A DNA stretch of 62,712 nucleotides, filler included, from Candidatus Babelota bacterium (GTDB lineage Bacteria > JAGOBX01): assembly GCA_017999075.1 (NCBI GenBank). It is 14 parts of 14 records of this genome, joined end to end, with 100 filler letters (N's around TTAATTAATTAA, not from the genome) between each part and the next. Parts side by side here need not be neighbours in the genome. Positions count along the whole stretch, not along the records: positions 42,892 to 59,172 come from JAGOBX010000019.1; 13 more parts are not named here. One strand, 5' to 3'. This document shows, one piece after another, positions 42,911-53,482 of this stretch. The translations under genes were made by a program, and so were the position numbers. Within the stretch, counting starts at the first letter, position 1, and each line of letters opens with the position of its first letter. The notes below the pieces were generated by a model that had not been told where the DNA came from, did not search any database, and was given only the letters and a program-made list of their open reading frames with translations.

Positions 42911-45900
42911 TTAATTAATAGCTTGTTCTTCTATTTTTAAAAGATTTAAAAAAGGTTTTGTTCTTAGAGTGAAATACAACATTTTATTATCTTTGTCAAC
43001 AGTCATTCCGCTGAATCCGAGTTCTCTGTCAGCCAATGCAGCATTTTTCATTATATCATAAACATTTATAACATTTGTTATTTCTAAAGATGCTATATCT
43101 ACAAAAATCAAATTACCAGGTTTATCTCCGTATTCGCTTGTTCCTACAATCAGTTTGTTATCAATAGATGTTATTCCTTTCCCTGCAAAATTAAAATTCA
43201 ATTTTGAAGATATGTTTAATTCTCTTATAATTCTGCCTGTATCATCTATTTCAAAAATCTTATCCTTTCTTGATAATATAAATATACGGTTATCATCTGT
43301 TATCTCGATTCCTGAAGGTTCAATATTTGCCGGAAGTTGTATTTTTGCTACAGTATTAAATTTTGAATCTGTAACTTTTATTGATTTATTATCTGTCCAA
43401 TCAATAACGTAAAACTGATTTGACATTCTTTTATATGTTATTCCTTCCAGCCATCCTTTTATTCCTGATATTGATCCGTCAGATATTTTTTTTCCGGACT
43501 TATCAAATATTTTCAATTCACCGTTCATTTTAGATGAAATTCTCAATATATTATTTTTATAACAATAAATATCTGAAGCATCATAAATTTCAGGTGATTT
43601 ATAACTCGTTACATATCTTAAATTAATCATCTTGTTTGTTTGATTTTTTTTACCGGTTTTTAAATCCTCATATTTCAGGTTGCCTGATTCTGAATTATTA
43701 TTTGACTGTCTCCCTGAAATATTTTCCGCACGATTTTTTTTTTGAATACTGGCCCCAACATTTTTTCTGTCTATCTTGTCAATAATTTTTTTCTCCGGAA
43801 CATATTTTCCTTGAACCTCTTCCAGATCAAATAAATCTTCAGCTATATCTGATTTCCGGATATTATCGGCATTTAACTTTCCACTGTTGTTTATTTCAAT
43901 TTCAGATTTTGTTTTAGGTAATATTGTAATATTCCCCTGCTTAATTTTAGTATTTTCCGACGTAGGTATAATTTCAGATTTTGGCTTTTCAATTTTATTT
44001 TCAATTTCAATATCGTCAAGTTCATCATCTTTTTTATTTGATGATACTGATTCATCCTGTTCTGCTTTATCATTTCCATTTTCTTCAACATTGCTTATGG
44101 TTTCAATATCAAGCAGCCCTTCATCAAAAACATTATTTTTTTTATCATTTGTTTTAATTTGTTTTGAAGGAATAATATTTTCATTGTATATTTCAGCAGA
44201 TGGTTTTTCTTTAGATTCAGGTTTATTCTGGCTCGGACGGTAAAATTCTAATTCATTTTCTTTCTTTCCCTGAGGATAATTATCATTTTGTCTATAATTT
44301 TTATTTAGTGGTTTTTTTATTTTTTCTGAAATATTGTCTTTTTTTAAAATTTCAATAAGTTCCTCGTCTATTCCATTTTTAGAAAAAACTTGAGTTTTTG
44401 TTCCTTGATCAGAAAAACCGGTTAAACTTTGCCTTTTATCAGAACTTTCTGTACTATCCTGATTTGAATAGGGCGCGGGTTCTCCTGACATATAATTAAG
44501 CGCAGACTGAGATTGCTGCGGAGACTGCAAAAAAAGTTGCTGCGGAGATTGTTGAATTGGCTGCGAAAACTGCGATGCAGGCTGAAGAGCAGACATTCCT
44601 TGAAGATAAATAGGATAATTTACTATCGGAGGATAAAAATACGGATAAATCTGTTGAGGATGTATTTGCCCTGATGAAGAAGAAATACCAGAATTACTTA
44701 TATTCTGATTTTGATGCTGAGATGAAGAATAAATATGCCCTTCTTTTGAACCAGCAATTGCGCCAGGCGTTTCAGTTGAAGATTTATTTTCAAGTTTTTG
44801 TTTTAATAATTTCAATTCATTTATAATAATCTTATTATTGCCGGAAAGTTCTTCTATCTGACGTTTGTATTCATCATTTATTCCCGTAGTTCCAGATTGA
44901 TAATTGTCAACTGTTTTTATATTTACATTTTCTTTTTTTAAATCAATAGGCAGCTCAGGCTGATTTAAATCTTCATATTTTCTCAATCTATCTTCAAGAA
45001 AAACTATATATTTTTCCTGATTTTCTAATTTTTCATTTAACCCTGAAGAAGTTATCAAAGAACTCGCAAATCTTCCGTTTTCCAATGTTTCATTTAAATT
45101 ATCATACTCCGACTTCAATTTTTCATATATCTGTTTGGCCTGTTTCAATTCTTCAGTAAATTTAACAAGTTCATTTGACATCTGCTCATTTTTGTCGCGG
45201 ACAAGTTTATTATCTGACATAATCCCTTTAACTAAAATTTTATATTTTTCTATTTCACGTTTCAACAATACAAATGATTGACCGTCAATATCTTTTATAA
45301 TTTTATCTGTCTCAATCAATTTCATAGAAACTTGGTCAACCGCATTTTTCAATTCTTCATTTTCTTTAGTCAATTCTTCATTTAATTTGTTGATTTTTTG
45401 ATAATCATCTGCTGAAACAAACGATTGATAATCACGGGTTATAGCAATTATTTTATCAGACAACTGTTTTACTTGATTTTTAAGTTCCGAATTTTCAAAA
45501 ATCAATTTTTCAATTTCTTCAGCTTTTAAAGTATCACTGATTTTTCCGATATTCTCAATTTTATTCTGCGTTTTAGTCAATCCTGAATAATCAGCTGACA
45601 ACTTATCGTATTTTTCCTGAATTTCACCAAGTTTCCTGAGCAAAATCAAATTTTGTTCGGCAAGTTTTTCCTTATAAGACTTATAATCTTCGCGTATTTT
45701 AACCAGCTCGCTTATATAACTCTGTGAATCAGTATCTTTTCGGATATTTTTTACAATATCAATAAATTTTGTTTCTAAAACGTTTATTCTGTCTACTATT
45801 TGATTGTATTCACCTGTTTTTTTATTCGATTCCGATGAAGCGGCCTTATATAACTCTGTTAATTTATAATTTTCATCTTTCATTTTTTTCAATTCTGACG

Positions 45901-47980
45901 TAAGCGTTACCATATCCCTGATTTTCAGCATCAATAAGTTTTCTTTTTCTTTCAATTTATCCGATTCCAATGAAGCAAAAACAAGTTTTTCATTCAAAGA
46001 TTTATTTTTTATCAATTCTGCATTTAATTTTTCATCTAAAATTTTTATTTTTTTTTCATAATTTTCCAGCTGAATTTTTGTCCTTGACGCAATATCAATT
46101 TCCTGATTTTTAGCAGTCAATTCCATTATTTTTTCGTTCAGCAGTTCATTATCTTTTGATGCAGAATGCAATTTCGACATCAGTTCAGATGTCATCCGGT
46201 TATATATTTCTATTTTTTTTGATATTGAACTTTTTTCAGTTTCAAGAAGATTGGTTTTGTTGGTCAATTCTTTTATTTTTGTTTCAAGAAGTTCCTTTAT
46301 ATTATTCAATTTTTTATTTTCTTCTTCTAACGCAGTCTGCCGTTTTAAATAATCAGAACTTATATTTGTTTCTTCCGCTCTGCCAGAAAATTCTTTTTTC
46401 AATTCTTTATTATCTTTATAATTGCCGTCTTGCTTTATGGATAATGCCGTTAAACTTTGTTTCAGCATATCATTTTGTTCTGATAACTTTTTATTAATCT
46501 GTAAAATAGTTTCATTCTTATCTTTCAATATTTCTAACTGGTTAGAAATAATCTCAAACTTTTCTGTAAACCCTTTCTCTCGAGAAGCAAGTTCTTTTTC
46601 ATAATTTACTATCAATGCAAGCAATTTTTCTTTTTGATGTTTTAATCCTTCTATTTCTTCTTTGGAAGAATTTTTTTTGTTTTTCCCCGAAATATTATCC
46701 ATTAATTTTTTTTCTGCAATCTCAAGTTCTTCTTTTAATTTCTTTATTTCATCGGTCGTTATTCCTGAAACTGATGCGTATTTCAATTCCAATTCTTTTA
46801 TTTTAGAATTAAGTTCAGAATTCATTTTCGAAGCAGCTTCGAGTTTCTCCGATAATTCGCTTGAATGTGCCGAAGAAATCGAATATTTTTTTACCGCATC
46901 TTCAACTGCAGCAGCCAATTCAGAATTTTGGGTTTTCAAACTTTTATTATCCGATTGAAGTTCTTTATACAATAAATATATTTTTCCAACTTCTTTTTTT
47001 AATATATCGATTTTTTCATTTGTATTTTCTGACGTTGATGATAAGGTCAATTCCAGATTTTTGTTTATATTTTCAAGCTCTGCATTTTTTTCTTCTATAG
47101 ATGTTTTTCCTTTTTTCACATTTTCTATATCAAGAACAAGTTTACGGTTTATACTGTTTAATACATCTATTTTTTTTTCTTTTTCTTCTATTGAACTCAA
47201 CAATTTTTCCCTTTCTTCTGAAAGTTCATCTATTCTTAACAGTGCTTTTTTATCAATTCCTGAAGCTGCAAGTTTTTCTTCTACGGTTTTTTTCAGTTCT
47301 GCATTTTCAACAATCAATTTTTTAGAATTACCCATCAGCAAAGCAAATTTAATCTGCATTTCTCCATAATTTTTTACAAGTTCTATTTTTTCTTTTTTCA
47401 GTTTTTCATAATCTTCTATGTCAGCAGCAAGTTTTTTATTTTCAGATGTCAATTTATCAATCTTATCTTTCAATTGAATATTTAAATTCTGAATTTTAGT
47501 CGTTCCTTCAAGAAGAACAGCTATTTGATTTGTCAATTTTCCAAGTCTCAGGTTTAATTCACCATACTTAACTTGCAATTCTCCGTATTCTTTTTCAAGA
47601 TCATCATACTTTTTTCTATCTATGGTATTATTCATTAAATCGGTTGTTTTCTGCTGCAGAGTCTTGTATTGTTCGGCAAGATTACTTAACTTTTCTTCCC
47701 ATTCTTTAACATTAACGCTGATCTGTTTCTGTTCTTTGACTGAAATTTCATTTCTTGGTTCGGCAGGAATTCCTGTATTTGCAGATTCGGTATATTGCTT
47801 TAATTTATTCAGCAGCTGTTTATTCTTATCAAGCTGAATTTTTAAACTATCATATTTTTCTTTTGTGATGAGTACTTTTGATTGACCGGCATAAGTTTTA
47901 TCGTCCGGTGGTGTTTCAGAAATTATTATTGTTGGTAATACTAATACAGAGAGTAAGATTAAAAAAAAAATTCTCGCCAT
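42911..47980 (-). CDS. Large exported coiled-coil protein with a low-complexity linker and probable C-terminal beta-propeller
   Basis: Signal-peptide-like start, about 1000 aa of heptad pattern, a Q/S/P-rich patch, then blade-like repeats (LEGITY, PSGIEI, GKGITS, FSGMTV). Confidence 0.75.
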   Translation of the reverse strand: MARIFFLILLSVLVLPTIIISETPPDDKTYAGQSKVLITKEKYDSLKIQLDKNKQLLNKLKQYTESANTGIPAEPRNEISVKEQKQISVNVKEWEEKLSNLAEQYKTLQQKTTDLMNNTIDRKKYDDLEKEYGELQVKYGELNLRLGKLTNQIAVLLEGTTKIQNLNIQLKDKIDKLTSENKKLAADIEDYEKLKKEKIELVKNYGEMQIKFALLMGNSKKLIVENAELKKTVEEKLAASGIDKKALLRIDELSEEREKLLSSIEEKEKKIDVLNSINRKLVLDIENVKKGKTSIEEKNAELENINKNLELTLSSTSENTNEKIDILKKEVGKIYLLYKELQSDNKSLKTQNSELAAAVEDAVKKYSISSAHSSELSEKLEAASKMNSELNSKIKELELKYASVSGITTDEIKKLKEELEIAEKKLMDNISGKNKKNSSKEEIEGLKHQKEKLLALIVNYEKELASREKGFTEKFEIISNQLEILKDKNETILQINKKLSEQNDMLKQSLTALSIKQDGNYKDNKELKKEFSGRAEETNISSDYLKRQTALEEENKKLNNIKELLETKIKELTNKTNLLETEKSSISKKIEIYNRMTSELMSKLHSASKDNELLNEKIMELTAKNQEIDIASRTKIQLENYEKKIKILDEKLNAELIKNKSLNEKLVFASLESDKLKEKENLLMLKIRDMVTLTSELKKMKDENYKLTELYKAASSESNKKTGEYNQIVDRINVLETKFIDIVKNIRKDTDSQSYISELVKIREDYKSYKEKLAEQNLILLRKLGEIQEKYDKLSADYSGLTKTQNKIENIGKISDTLKAEEIEKLIFENSELKNQVKQLSDKIIAITRDYQSFVSADDYQKINKLNEELTKENEELKNAVDQVSMKLIETDKIIKDIDGQSFVLLKREIEKYKILVKGIMSDNKLVRDKNEQMSNELVKFTEELKQAKQIYEKLKSEYDNLNETLENGRFASSLITSSGLNEKLENQEKYIVFLEDRLRKYEDLNQPELPIDLKKENVNIKTVDNYQSGTTGINDEYKRQIEELSGNNKIIINELKLLKQKLENKSSTETPGAIAGSKEGHIYSSSQHQNQNISNSGISSSSGQIHPQQIYPYFYPPIVNYPIYLQGMSALQPASQFSQPIQQSPQQLFLQSPQQSQSALNYMSGEPAPYSNQDSTESSDKRQSLTGFSDQGTKTQVFSKNGIDEELIEILKKDNISEKIKKPLNKNYRQNDNYPQGKKENELEFYRPSQNKPESKEKPSAEIYNENIIPSKQIKTNDKKNNVFDEGLLDIETISNVEENGNDKAEQDESVSSNKKDDELDDIEIENKIEKPKSEIIPTSENTKIKQGNITILPKTKSEIEINNSGKLNADNIRKSDIAEDLFDLEEVQGKYVPEKKIIDKIDRKNVGASIQKKNRAENISGRQSNNNSESGNLKYEDLKTGKKNQTNKMINLRYVTSYKSPEIYDASDIYCYKNNILRISSKMNGELKIFDKSGKKISDGSISGIKGWLEGITYKRMSNQFYVIDWTDNKSIKVTDSKFNTVAKIQLPANIEPSGIEITDDNRIFILSRKDKIFEIDDTGRIIRELNISSKLNFNFAGKGITSIDNKLIVGTSEYGDKPGNLIFVDIASLEITNVINVYDIMKNAALADRELGFSGMTVDKDNKMLYFTLRTKPFLNLLKIEEQAIN

Positions 47981-48216
47981 TATTTTATAATTTCGATTTC
48001 TGTAATTTCTTGAATTTTGTCTTTTATTTCTCGTTCAATCCCCATTTTAAAAGTCAAATTTGATACAGGACAATCAACGCAGGCGCCTTTAAATCTTAAT
48101 TTTAAAACTGTTCCTTTAATTGATACAAATTCCACATCTCCGCCATCTGTCGCAAGATATAACTTTATTGTTTCAAGTTCCTTTATTATTCTTTCTTTTA
48201 AAGATTTTTGAGTCAC
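47980..48216 (-). CDS. NifU C-terminal/Nfu family Fe-S protein
   Basis: YLATDGGDVEFV...GACVDCP...TFKMGIE. Confidence 0.9.
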   Translation of the reverse strand: MTQKSLKERIIKELETIKLYLATDGGDVEFVSIKGTVLKLRFKGACVDCPVSNLTFKMGIEREIKDKIQEITEIEIIK

Positions 48217-48237
48217 TGATTTTCCTCTGATTTTAAT

Positions 48238-48314
48238 TGGTCGGGCAGACTGGATTTGAACCAGCGGCCCCCTGCTCCCAAGGCAGGTGCGCTACCAAAC
48301 TGCGCTACTACCCG
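48238..48314 (-). tRNA. tRNA-Pro(TGG)
   Basis: CGGGTAGTAGCGCAGTTTGGTAGCGCACCTGCCTTGGGAGCAGGGGGCCGCTGGTTCAAATCCAGTCTGCCCGACCA; anticodon TGG; CCA encoded. Confidence 0.96.
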
Positions 48315-48334
48315 ACGTTATAAAATACTCGGTT

Positions 48335-48362
48335 ATTATATTAAAAAAAAACTTATTGTCAA
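48335..48362 (-). promoter_or_regulatory. Sigma70 promoter of tRNA-Pro
   Basis: TTGACA-N16-TATAAT on the minus strand, about 20 nt upstream of the tRNA. Confidence 0.75.
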
Positions 48363-48403
48363 CTGTTTTTAATATTTTTATATTATAAAAAAAATCACAG
48401 AAA

Positions 48404-51400
48404 TCATTCTATATCTATTTTATGATTTTTGCTGAATTTTAATTCCCACCACAATTGTATTTTGAATACCGCTAAATTGAAAATATCTATAAAATCATCA
48501 AGAAGTGAGTATATTATCGGAACAATAAATAATGTTAATATTGTAGATGATATTAGTCCGAATATCACAACTACCGCGCAGCCTTGATATAATTCCGATC
48601 CTTCTCCTTGTGATATTGCAAGAGGTATCATCCCCAGAATCGTGGTTAAAGTGGTTATGGCTATTGGCCGCATCCTTAATTTTCCTACTTCAATAATAGC
48701 ATCGCTTCTTGCTACACCTCGAAACCGCAATATATTCAAATAATCTATCAGTATAATCCCATTATTAACAACAGTTCCGGATAACATTATAATGCCGATT
48801 AAAGCTGAAATATCAAGCTGCAGATTCATTATCCTTAACCCGAATACTACTCCTATTAGAACAAGAGGTACTGAAAACATAATTATAACAGGCTGTATGA
48901 ATGATTCAAACTGAGATGCCATAATTATATAAACTAAAAATACAGAAAATATCAGGGCAAGTCCAAGCTGACTGAATGACTCTTTTGTGTTTTTAGCAGA
49001 ACCATACCAGTAAAAAGTCATATCTTTATATTTAGGCAATACATTTTTATCAATATCAGCCAGAACTTTTCCTGACGCAGTTTTTGAATTCAATATCGAT
49101 TCAAGGGTAATAACATTATTTAAATTTGTTCTATTTAATTCATTGAATTGTTCATTTTCATTTATATATACAAACTCTCCAAGTCTTTTTATTGAACCGG
49201 AATTTGTCAAGATCGGATATTTTAAAAATAAATTTTTATCGAATTTTTTATTTTTTTTACCTTCAACTATAATATCTATTTTCTTATCATTTTTATAAAA
49301 TGTTCCCGATTTTGTTCCGTTTAATACGCTAAAAACGTAATCTGATACATATTTAGCAGACAACCCATTTTCCGAAACAGTTCTGCGGTTAATTACTGCT
49401 GATATTTCGTTCGTCATATCAGTGCCGCGCAGCCGCGTTAAAATTATCCCCTCTTTTTTTTCAAGATATTTTTTTATTTCACCTGAACTCTTTATTAAAT
49501 AATCGTGCTCGTCAGAACCAACGCTGAATTCTATTTTTTTATTATCCACATTTATTTTGGAAACTTTAGAAACAAACAGTTTTCCGTATTTGAATGAATC
49601 AGAATATTTCTCAAGAAAAATTAAATAATCAGAAATATCTTTTACTGAAACATTATCCTTAAGTTTTACGTATATCTCTGAATTCGCCGGATTTACTGTC
49701 GTTGCAATAATTTGAGTATTCGTTTGTTTAATATCAGCTTCTATTTTTTTCGTTATTATATCTGTTTCAGTAATATTATAATCAGGCTCCAATTCAAGAG
49801 TTATTTTAAATTCTTTTATGTTCCCGTCCGGCAAAAAAATTCTGTCAGGCATTTTCAATACGCTTAATACGCAAACTCCCACTACCAATATTACAATTAT
49901 GGTTTTATAAATAAAATTTAAAATCAGCTTGGATTCAAATTTGACTCCTATAGAATGTTTTAACAAAAAAATATAAACTGATATAAAAATGTCTCCTATA
50001 TTAACAAAAAAATCATCTATCAATTTAAACAAATATGCTGGTTTGGTTTCCTGTTCCTTTTTAAACATGTATGCCGAAAGCATTGGAACCAGCAGCAAAG
50101 CAACAAATAATGAAAATATCAGTGAATATATTACAGATAATGCAAGGTCAGTAAACAATTTACTCGCTATTCCTGTTAAAAACAATATTGGAAAAAATAC
50201 AGCTATAGAAGTTAAATTCGAACTTATTACGCTTATTGCAACTTCTTCGCTTCCTGATACTGCAGCTTCTTTAGAAGTTCTCCCTTCTTTCAAATGCCTG
50301 TATATATTTTCCAGTATTACGACAGAACTGTCAAGCATCATTCCAACACCAAGTGCTAATCCTGCTAATGATAATATATTTCTTGTTACATTAGAAAAAT
50401 ATAATAATGCAAATGTTGAAATAAGCGCAATTGGAATTGTTAAAGATATTATTATTGTAGATTTTAATGATCTCAAAAAAATAAATAAAATTATTACAAC
50501 AAGTATTATGCCGCCCTGTATGTTTCCTGAAACTACTTCCTGTGAAGCATTAATATAAACAGAATCATCTTTTGATATGTTTATCTTCAAATAGTTATGT
50601 TTTTTTCCAAAATCATATATTACAGGTTTTATTTTTTTTACTATGTCAAGAGTATTTCCTTCATTCGTTTTTTTTATCACCATTCCTACCGAGGATATTC
50701 CATTTACACGGGAAATATTATCTATTTCTTTATAAGTCAAAACAACATCTGCCACTGAAGATATTTTTATATTATTTTTTAAATTAAGGTTTTTTATGTC
50801 TTCAATCTTTATGAACTGACCTGTCATTATAACAGAATTTGAATGATTGCCGATTTGAATTTTTCCGATTTGAATTTTTTTCTGCCATAAATTAATTTTT
50901 TCAATAACTTCAGGAACTGTAATTTTCATCGCCATCATACGGTTTGGATCGCATATGACTTTTACACATTCCTCGAATCCGCCTTTTATTTCTACTTTTC
51001 CGACTCCTTCTATTTGTTCGATTAAAGGTTTTAGTGATTTATCTGCAAATTCTTTTATTATATTTATATCTGTATCTCCGTATAAATCAAAACGGAAAAT
51101 AGGTTGCGCGGATGAACTGATCCTGTGAAGCATGGGTTTTTCTGTTTCTTCTGGAAGGTTCACTGTATTTATTTTTTCTCTTATTTCAAGAGCAGCTAAA
51201 TCTATATCTGTGTTCCATCCGAATTCTATTGTAATAACGCTCTTATTTTTTTCTGAAGTCGAACGAAGAGTTTCAACTCCGGAAACTGTATTTAATACTT
51301 CTTCGAGAGGTTTGCTTACTTTATTCAATACATCTATCGGAGATGCATTCGGATACGGCGTTAAAACAACTATTGATGGGATGTCTATATTCGGAGTTAA

Positions 51401-51505
51401 ACTTACGGAAAGCTTTGTTACACATATCAGACCTGTCAGCAGACAAAACAATAAAATCATTATTGTAGCGACAGGTCTGTCAACCGCAAATTTTACAATT
51501 TTCAT
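48404..51505 (-). CDS. RND efflux transporter permease (AcrB/SwrC-like)
   Basis: AVDRPVAT, GMMLDSSVVILENI, MASQFES, NNGIILID, RMRPI; 1033 aa. Confidence 0.92.
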   Translation of the reverse strand: MKIVKFAVDRPVATIMILLFCLLTGLICVTKLSVSLTPNIDIPSIVVLTPYPNASPIDVLNKVSKPLEEVLNTVSGVETLRSTSEKNKSVITIEFGWNTDIDLAALEIREKINTVNLPEETEKPMLHRISSSAQPIFRFDLYGDTDINIIKEFADKSLKPLIEQIEGVGKVEIKGGFEECVKVICDPNRMMAMKITVPEVIEKINLWQKKIQIGKIQIGNHSNSVIMTGQFIKIEDIKNLNLKNNIKISSVADVVLTYKEIDNISRVNGISSVGMVIKKTNEGNTLDIVKKIKPVIYDFGKKHNYLKINISKDDSVYINASQEVVSGNIQGGIILVVIILFIFLRSLKSTIIISLTIPIALISTFALLYFSNVTRNILSLAGLALGVGMMLDSSVVILENIYRHLKEGRTSKEAAVSGSEEVAISVISSNLTSIAVFFPILFLTGIASKLFTDLALSVIYSLIFSLFVALLLVPMLSAYMFKKEQETKPAYLFKLIDDFFVNIGDIFISVYIFLLKHSIGVKFESKLILNFIYKTIIVILVVGVCVLSVLKMPDRIFLPDGNIKEFKITLELEPDYNITETDIITKKIEADIKQTNTQIIATTVNPANSEIYVKLKDNVSVKDISDYLIFLEKYSDSFKYGKLFVSKVSKINVDNKKIEFSVGSDEHDYLIKSSGEIKKYLEKKEGIILTRLRGTDMTNEISAVINRRTVSENGLSAKYVSDYVFSVLNGTKSGTFYKNDKKIDIIVEGKKNKKFDKNLFLKYPILTNSGSIKRLGEFVYINENEQFNELNRTNLNNVITLESILNSKTASGKVLADIDKNVLPKYKDMTFYWYGSAKNTKESFSQLGLALIFSVFLVYIIMASQFESFIQPVIIMFSVPLVLIGVVFGLRIMNLQLDISALIGIIMLSGTVVNNGIILIDYLNILRFRGVARSDAIIEVGKLRMRPIAITTLTTILGMIPLAISQGEGSELYQGCAVVVIFGLISSTILTLFIVPIIYSLLDDFIDIFNLAVFKIQLWWELKFSKNHKIDIE

Positions 51506-51550
51506 CTAATTTTAATTTTCTTTAAATGTATCCATTCTTATAAAAATCAA

Positions 51551-52807
51551 TTATTCGGTAAATACTGTTTTGGTCATTTTTTTTACCAAATGTTTTTCAA
51601 GTCTGATATAATTAGGCAAACCATTCAAATAAGGAGGATAATCTTCCCCTGTTATCAGAGGCTCACAGTAAATTCTAAAATCTTCTGTGATATGCATTCC
51701 ATCATCGCTTATATATTCATCCGGTAAAAATTTTTCGTTATTTGCTATATTTTCAAGTTCAGTATACCCTGTTACCCATTGATACGGATCATTGCTTTCA
51801 CGGATTATTGTAACCATCTTGCCATTTAACCCCATTCCGGCAATTTCTACAGCTTTTTTACCGCAAGCTACTGCCTGAGTTACATCAACCTGCGAAGCTA
51901 TATGTCTGCCCGAACGCTGGCAATAATCAAGTAATGCTGTATGCACTTTAATTTTTAAATTGTCTTTTATTATGCTGCCTACAACATTCCCGGCTCCGCC
52001 AAGCTGAGCGTGACCGAAACTGTCGGTTAAACCGCTTTCAGCTAAAAATTTTCCTGTTTCATCTTTAACTCCTTCAGAAACTCCTACTACGCAATATCCT
52101 ATTTTCGAAACTGTCTTTTCCACTTTAGCTAAAAACTTATCTTTATTAAATTGACGTTCTGGCAATAAAATTACATGAGGACCGTCTTTGGGTGATCTAT
52201 GAGCAAGACCGGTAGCTGCTGCTATCCAGCCCGCATGCCGCCCCATAGTTTCCAAAACAAATACTTTTGTAGAATCACGGTGCATAGATGCTACATCAAA
52301 TGCTCCTTCAAGTATTGATATTGAATTATACTTAGCTACAGAACCAAAACCAGGACAATTATCTGTTACTGGCAAATCATTATCTACTGTTTTAGGTATT
52401 CCCACAACAACAAGATCGTATCCGAGTTCATTAGCCATTTTACTGAGCTTTAATGTGGTGTCCATAGAATCATTGCCGCCGTTATAAAAAAAGAACCTTA
52501 TGTTATGAGCTTCAAACACTTCCATCATTCTTTCAAATTGTTTTCTGTTTTTTTCTATTGAACTCAATTTTCTGCGGCAGGAACCGAAAGCTCCTGCAGG
52601 CGTGTATCTTAACCCTTCTATATTTTCCGGAGCTTCCATTTGAATGTCTATAAGCTGTTCATATAATATTCCGTTTATTCCATTAAAACCGCCATAAATA
52701 TTTTCAATAAAATCACAGCGTTGAGCTGCTTTAATAAGTCCGTATGCGGATGCATTTATTACACTTGTAACTCCGCCAGATTGAGCATAAATAGCGTTTC
52801 CTTTCAT
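51551..52807 (-). CDS. 6-phosphofructokinase, probably PPi-dependent
   Basis: AQSGGVTSVINAS, GGNDSMDT, PKTVDND, ETMGRHAGW. Confidence 0.9.
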   Translation of the reverse strand: MKGNAIYAQSGGVTSVINASAYGLIKAAQRCDFIENIYGGFNGINGILYEQLIDIQMEAPENIEGLRYTPAGAFGSCRRKLSSIEKNRKQFERMMEVFEAHNIRFFFYNGGNDSMDTTLKLSKMANELGYDLVVVGIPKTVDNDLPVTDNCPGFGSVAKYNSISILEGAFDVASMHRDSTKVFVLETMGRHAGWIAAATGLAHRSPKDGPHVILLPERQFNKDKFLAKVEKTVSKIGYCVVGVSEGVKDETGKFLAESGLTDSFGHAQLGGAGNVVGSIIKDNLKIKVHTALLDYCQRSGRHIASQVDVTQAVACGKKAVEIAGMGLNGKMVTIIRESNDPYQWVTGYTELENIANNEKFLPDEYISDDGMHITEDFRIYCEPLITGEDYPPYLNGLPNYIRLEKHLVKKMTKTVFTE

Positions 52808-52983
52808 TATTTACCCCCGAAAAATTATAAATTCAAATAATTTTTATGCCGCATTTAAAAATCAATGCAGCCACAACATTTTTATCTTAATTCAGATTAT
52901 ATTAAAATTCAACACAAATTTTATCTATTAGAACAGTTTTTCTTTTTTTTAAATAAATTTCAAACAAATAAAAAATCAGTGAG

Positions 52984-53358
52984 TCAAAGAGGATTGTGAG
53001 AAACTAAGGTATCATTAACAATTTTTATTAAATTATCACGTTTTATAGGTTTTAAAACATAATTTTTAACGCCTGCCTTAAAAGCTTCTAAAATTACATT
53101 TTTTTGTTCAAGCGCTGAAACAATTATTATTTTTGCATCAGGAAATTCATTTATAATTTTTTCGGATGATTCAATCCCGTTTAATTTAGGCATAGTTAAA
53201 TCCATTGTAACCAGATCCGGCAATATTTTTTTATACTGTTCATACGCTTCTTCTCCATCTCCGGCTTCTCCTGCTATTGTATGCCCTTCTTTTATTAAAA
53301 TAGTTTTAATAAAACTTCTCATTACAACCATATCATCAGCAACTAATATTTTTGCCAT
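52984..53358 (-). CDS. CheY-like response regulator
   Basis: VADD, TMDLTMP, VSA, KP. Confidence 0.9.
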   Translation of the reverse strand: MAKILVADDMVVMRSFIKTILIKEGHTIAGEAGDGEEAYEQYKKILPDLVTMDLTMPKLNGIESSEKIINEFPDAKIIIVSALEQKNVILEAFKAGVKNYVLKPIKRDNLIKIVNDTLVSHNPL

Positions 53359-53401
53359 CGAATATCATCATTATTATATTTATAAATAAAATAAATAATC
53401 C

Positions 53402-53436
53402 TATCCGGAAAATGCATAAAATACATTTTCCGGATA
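53402..53436 (-). terminator. Hairpin between two response regulator genes
   Basis: Perfect 13-bp inverted repeat TATCCGGAAAATG / CATTTTCCGGATA. Confidence 0.65.
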
Positions 53437-53482
53437 TAAGTTTTTTTAATTTTTACATGAAAAATATAAATAAAAACTGAAC

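Noticed and set aside
47961..47970. Phase-variable poly-T10 in the signal peptide of the giant protein
   Set aside because: A/T runs of 8-10 nt are frequent throughout this AT-rich window, and there is no evidence of variation.
42911..47980. SMC or tape-measure protein
   Set aside because: No Walker motifs or hinge, a signal-like N-terminus, and no phage genes nearby.
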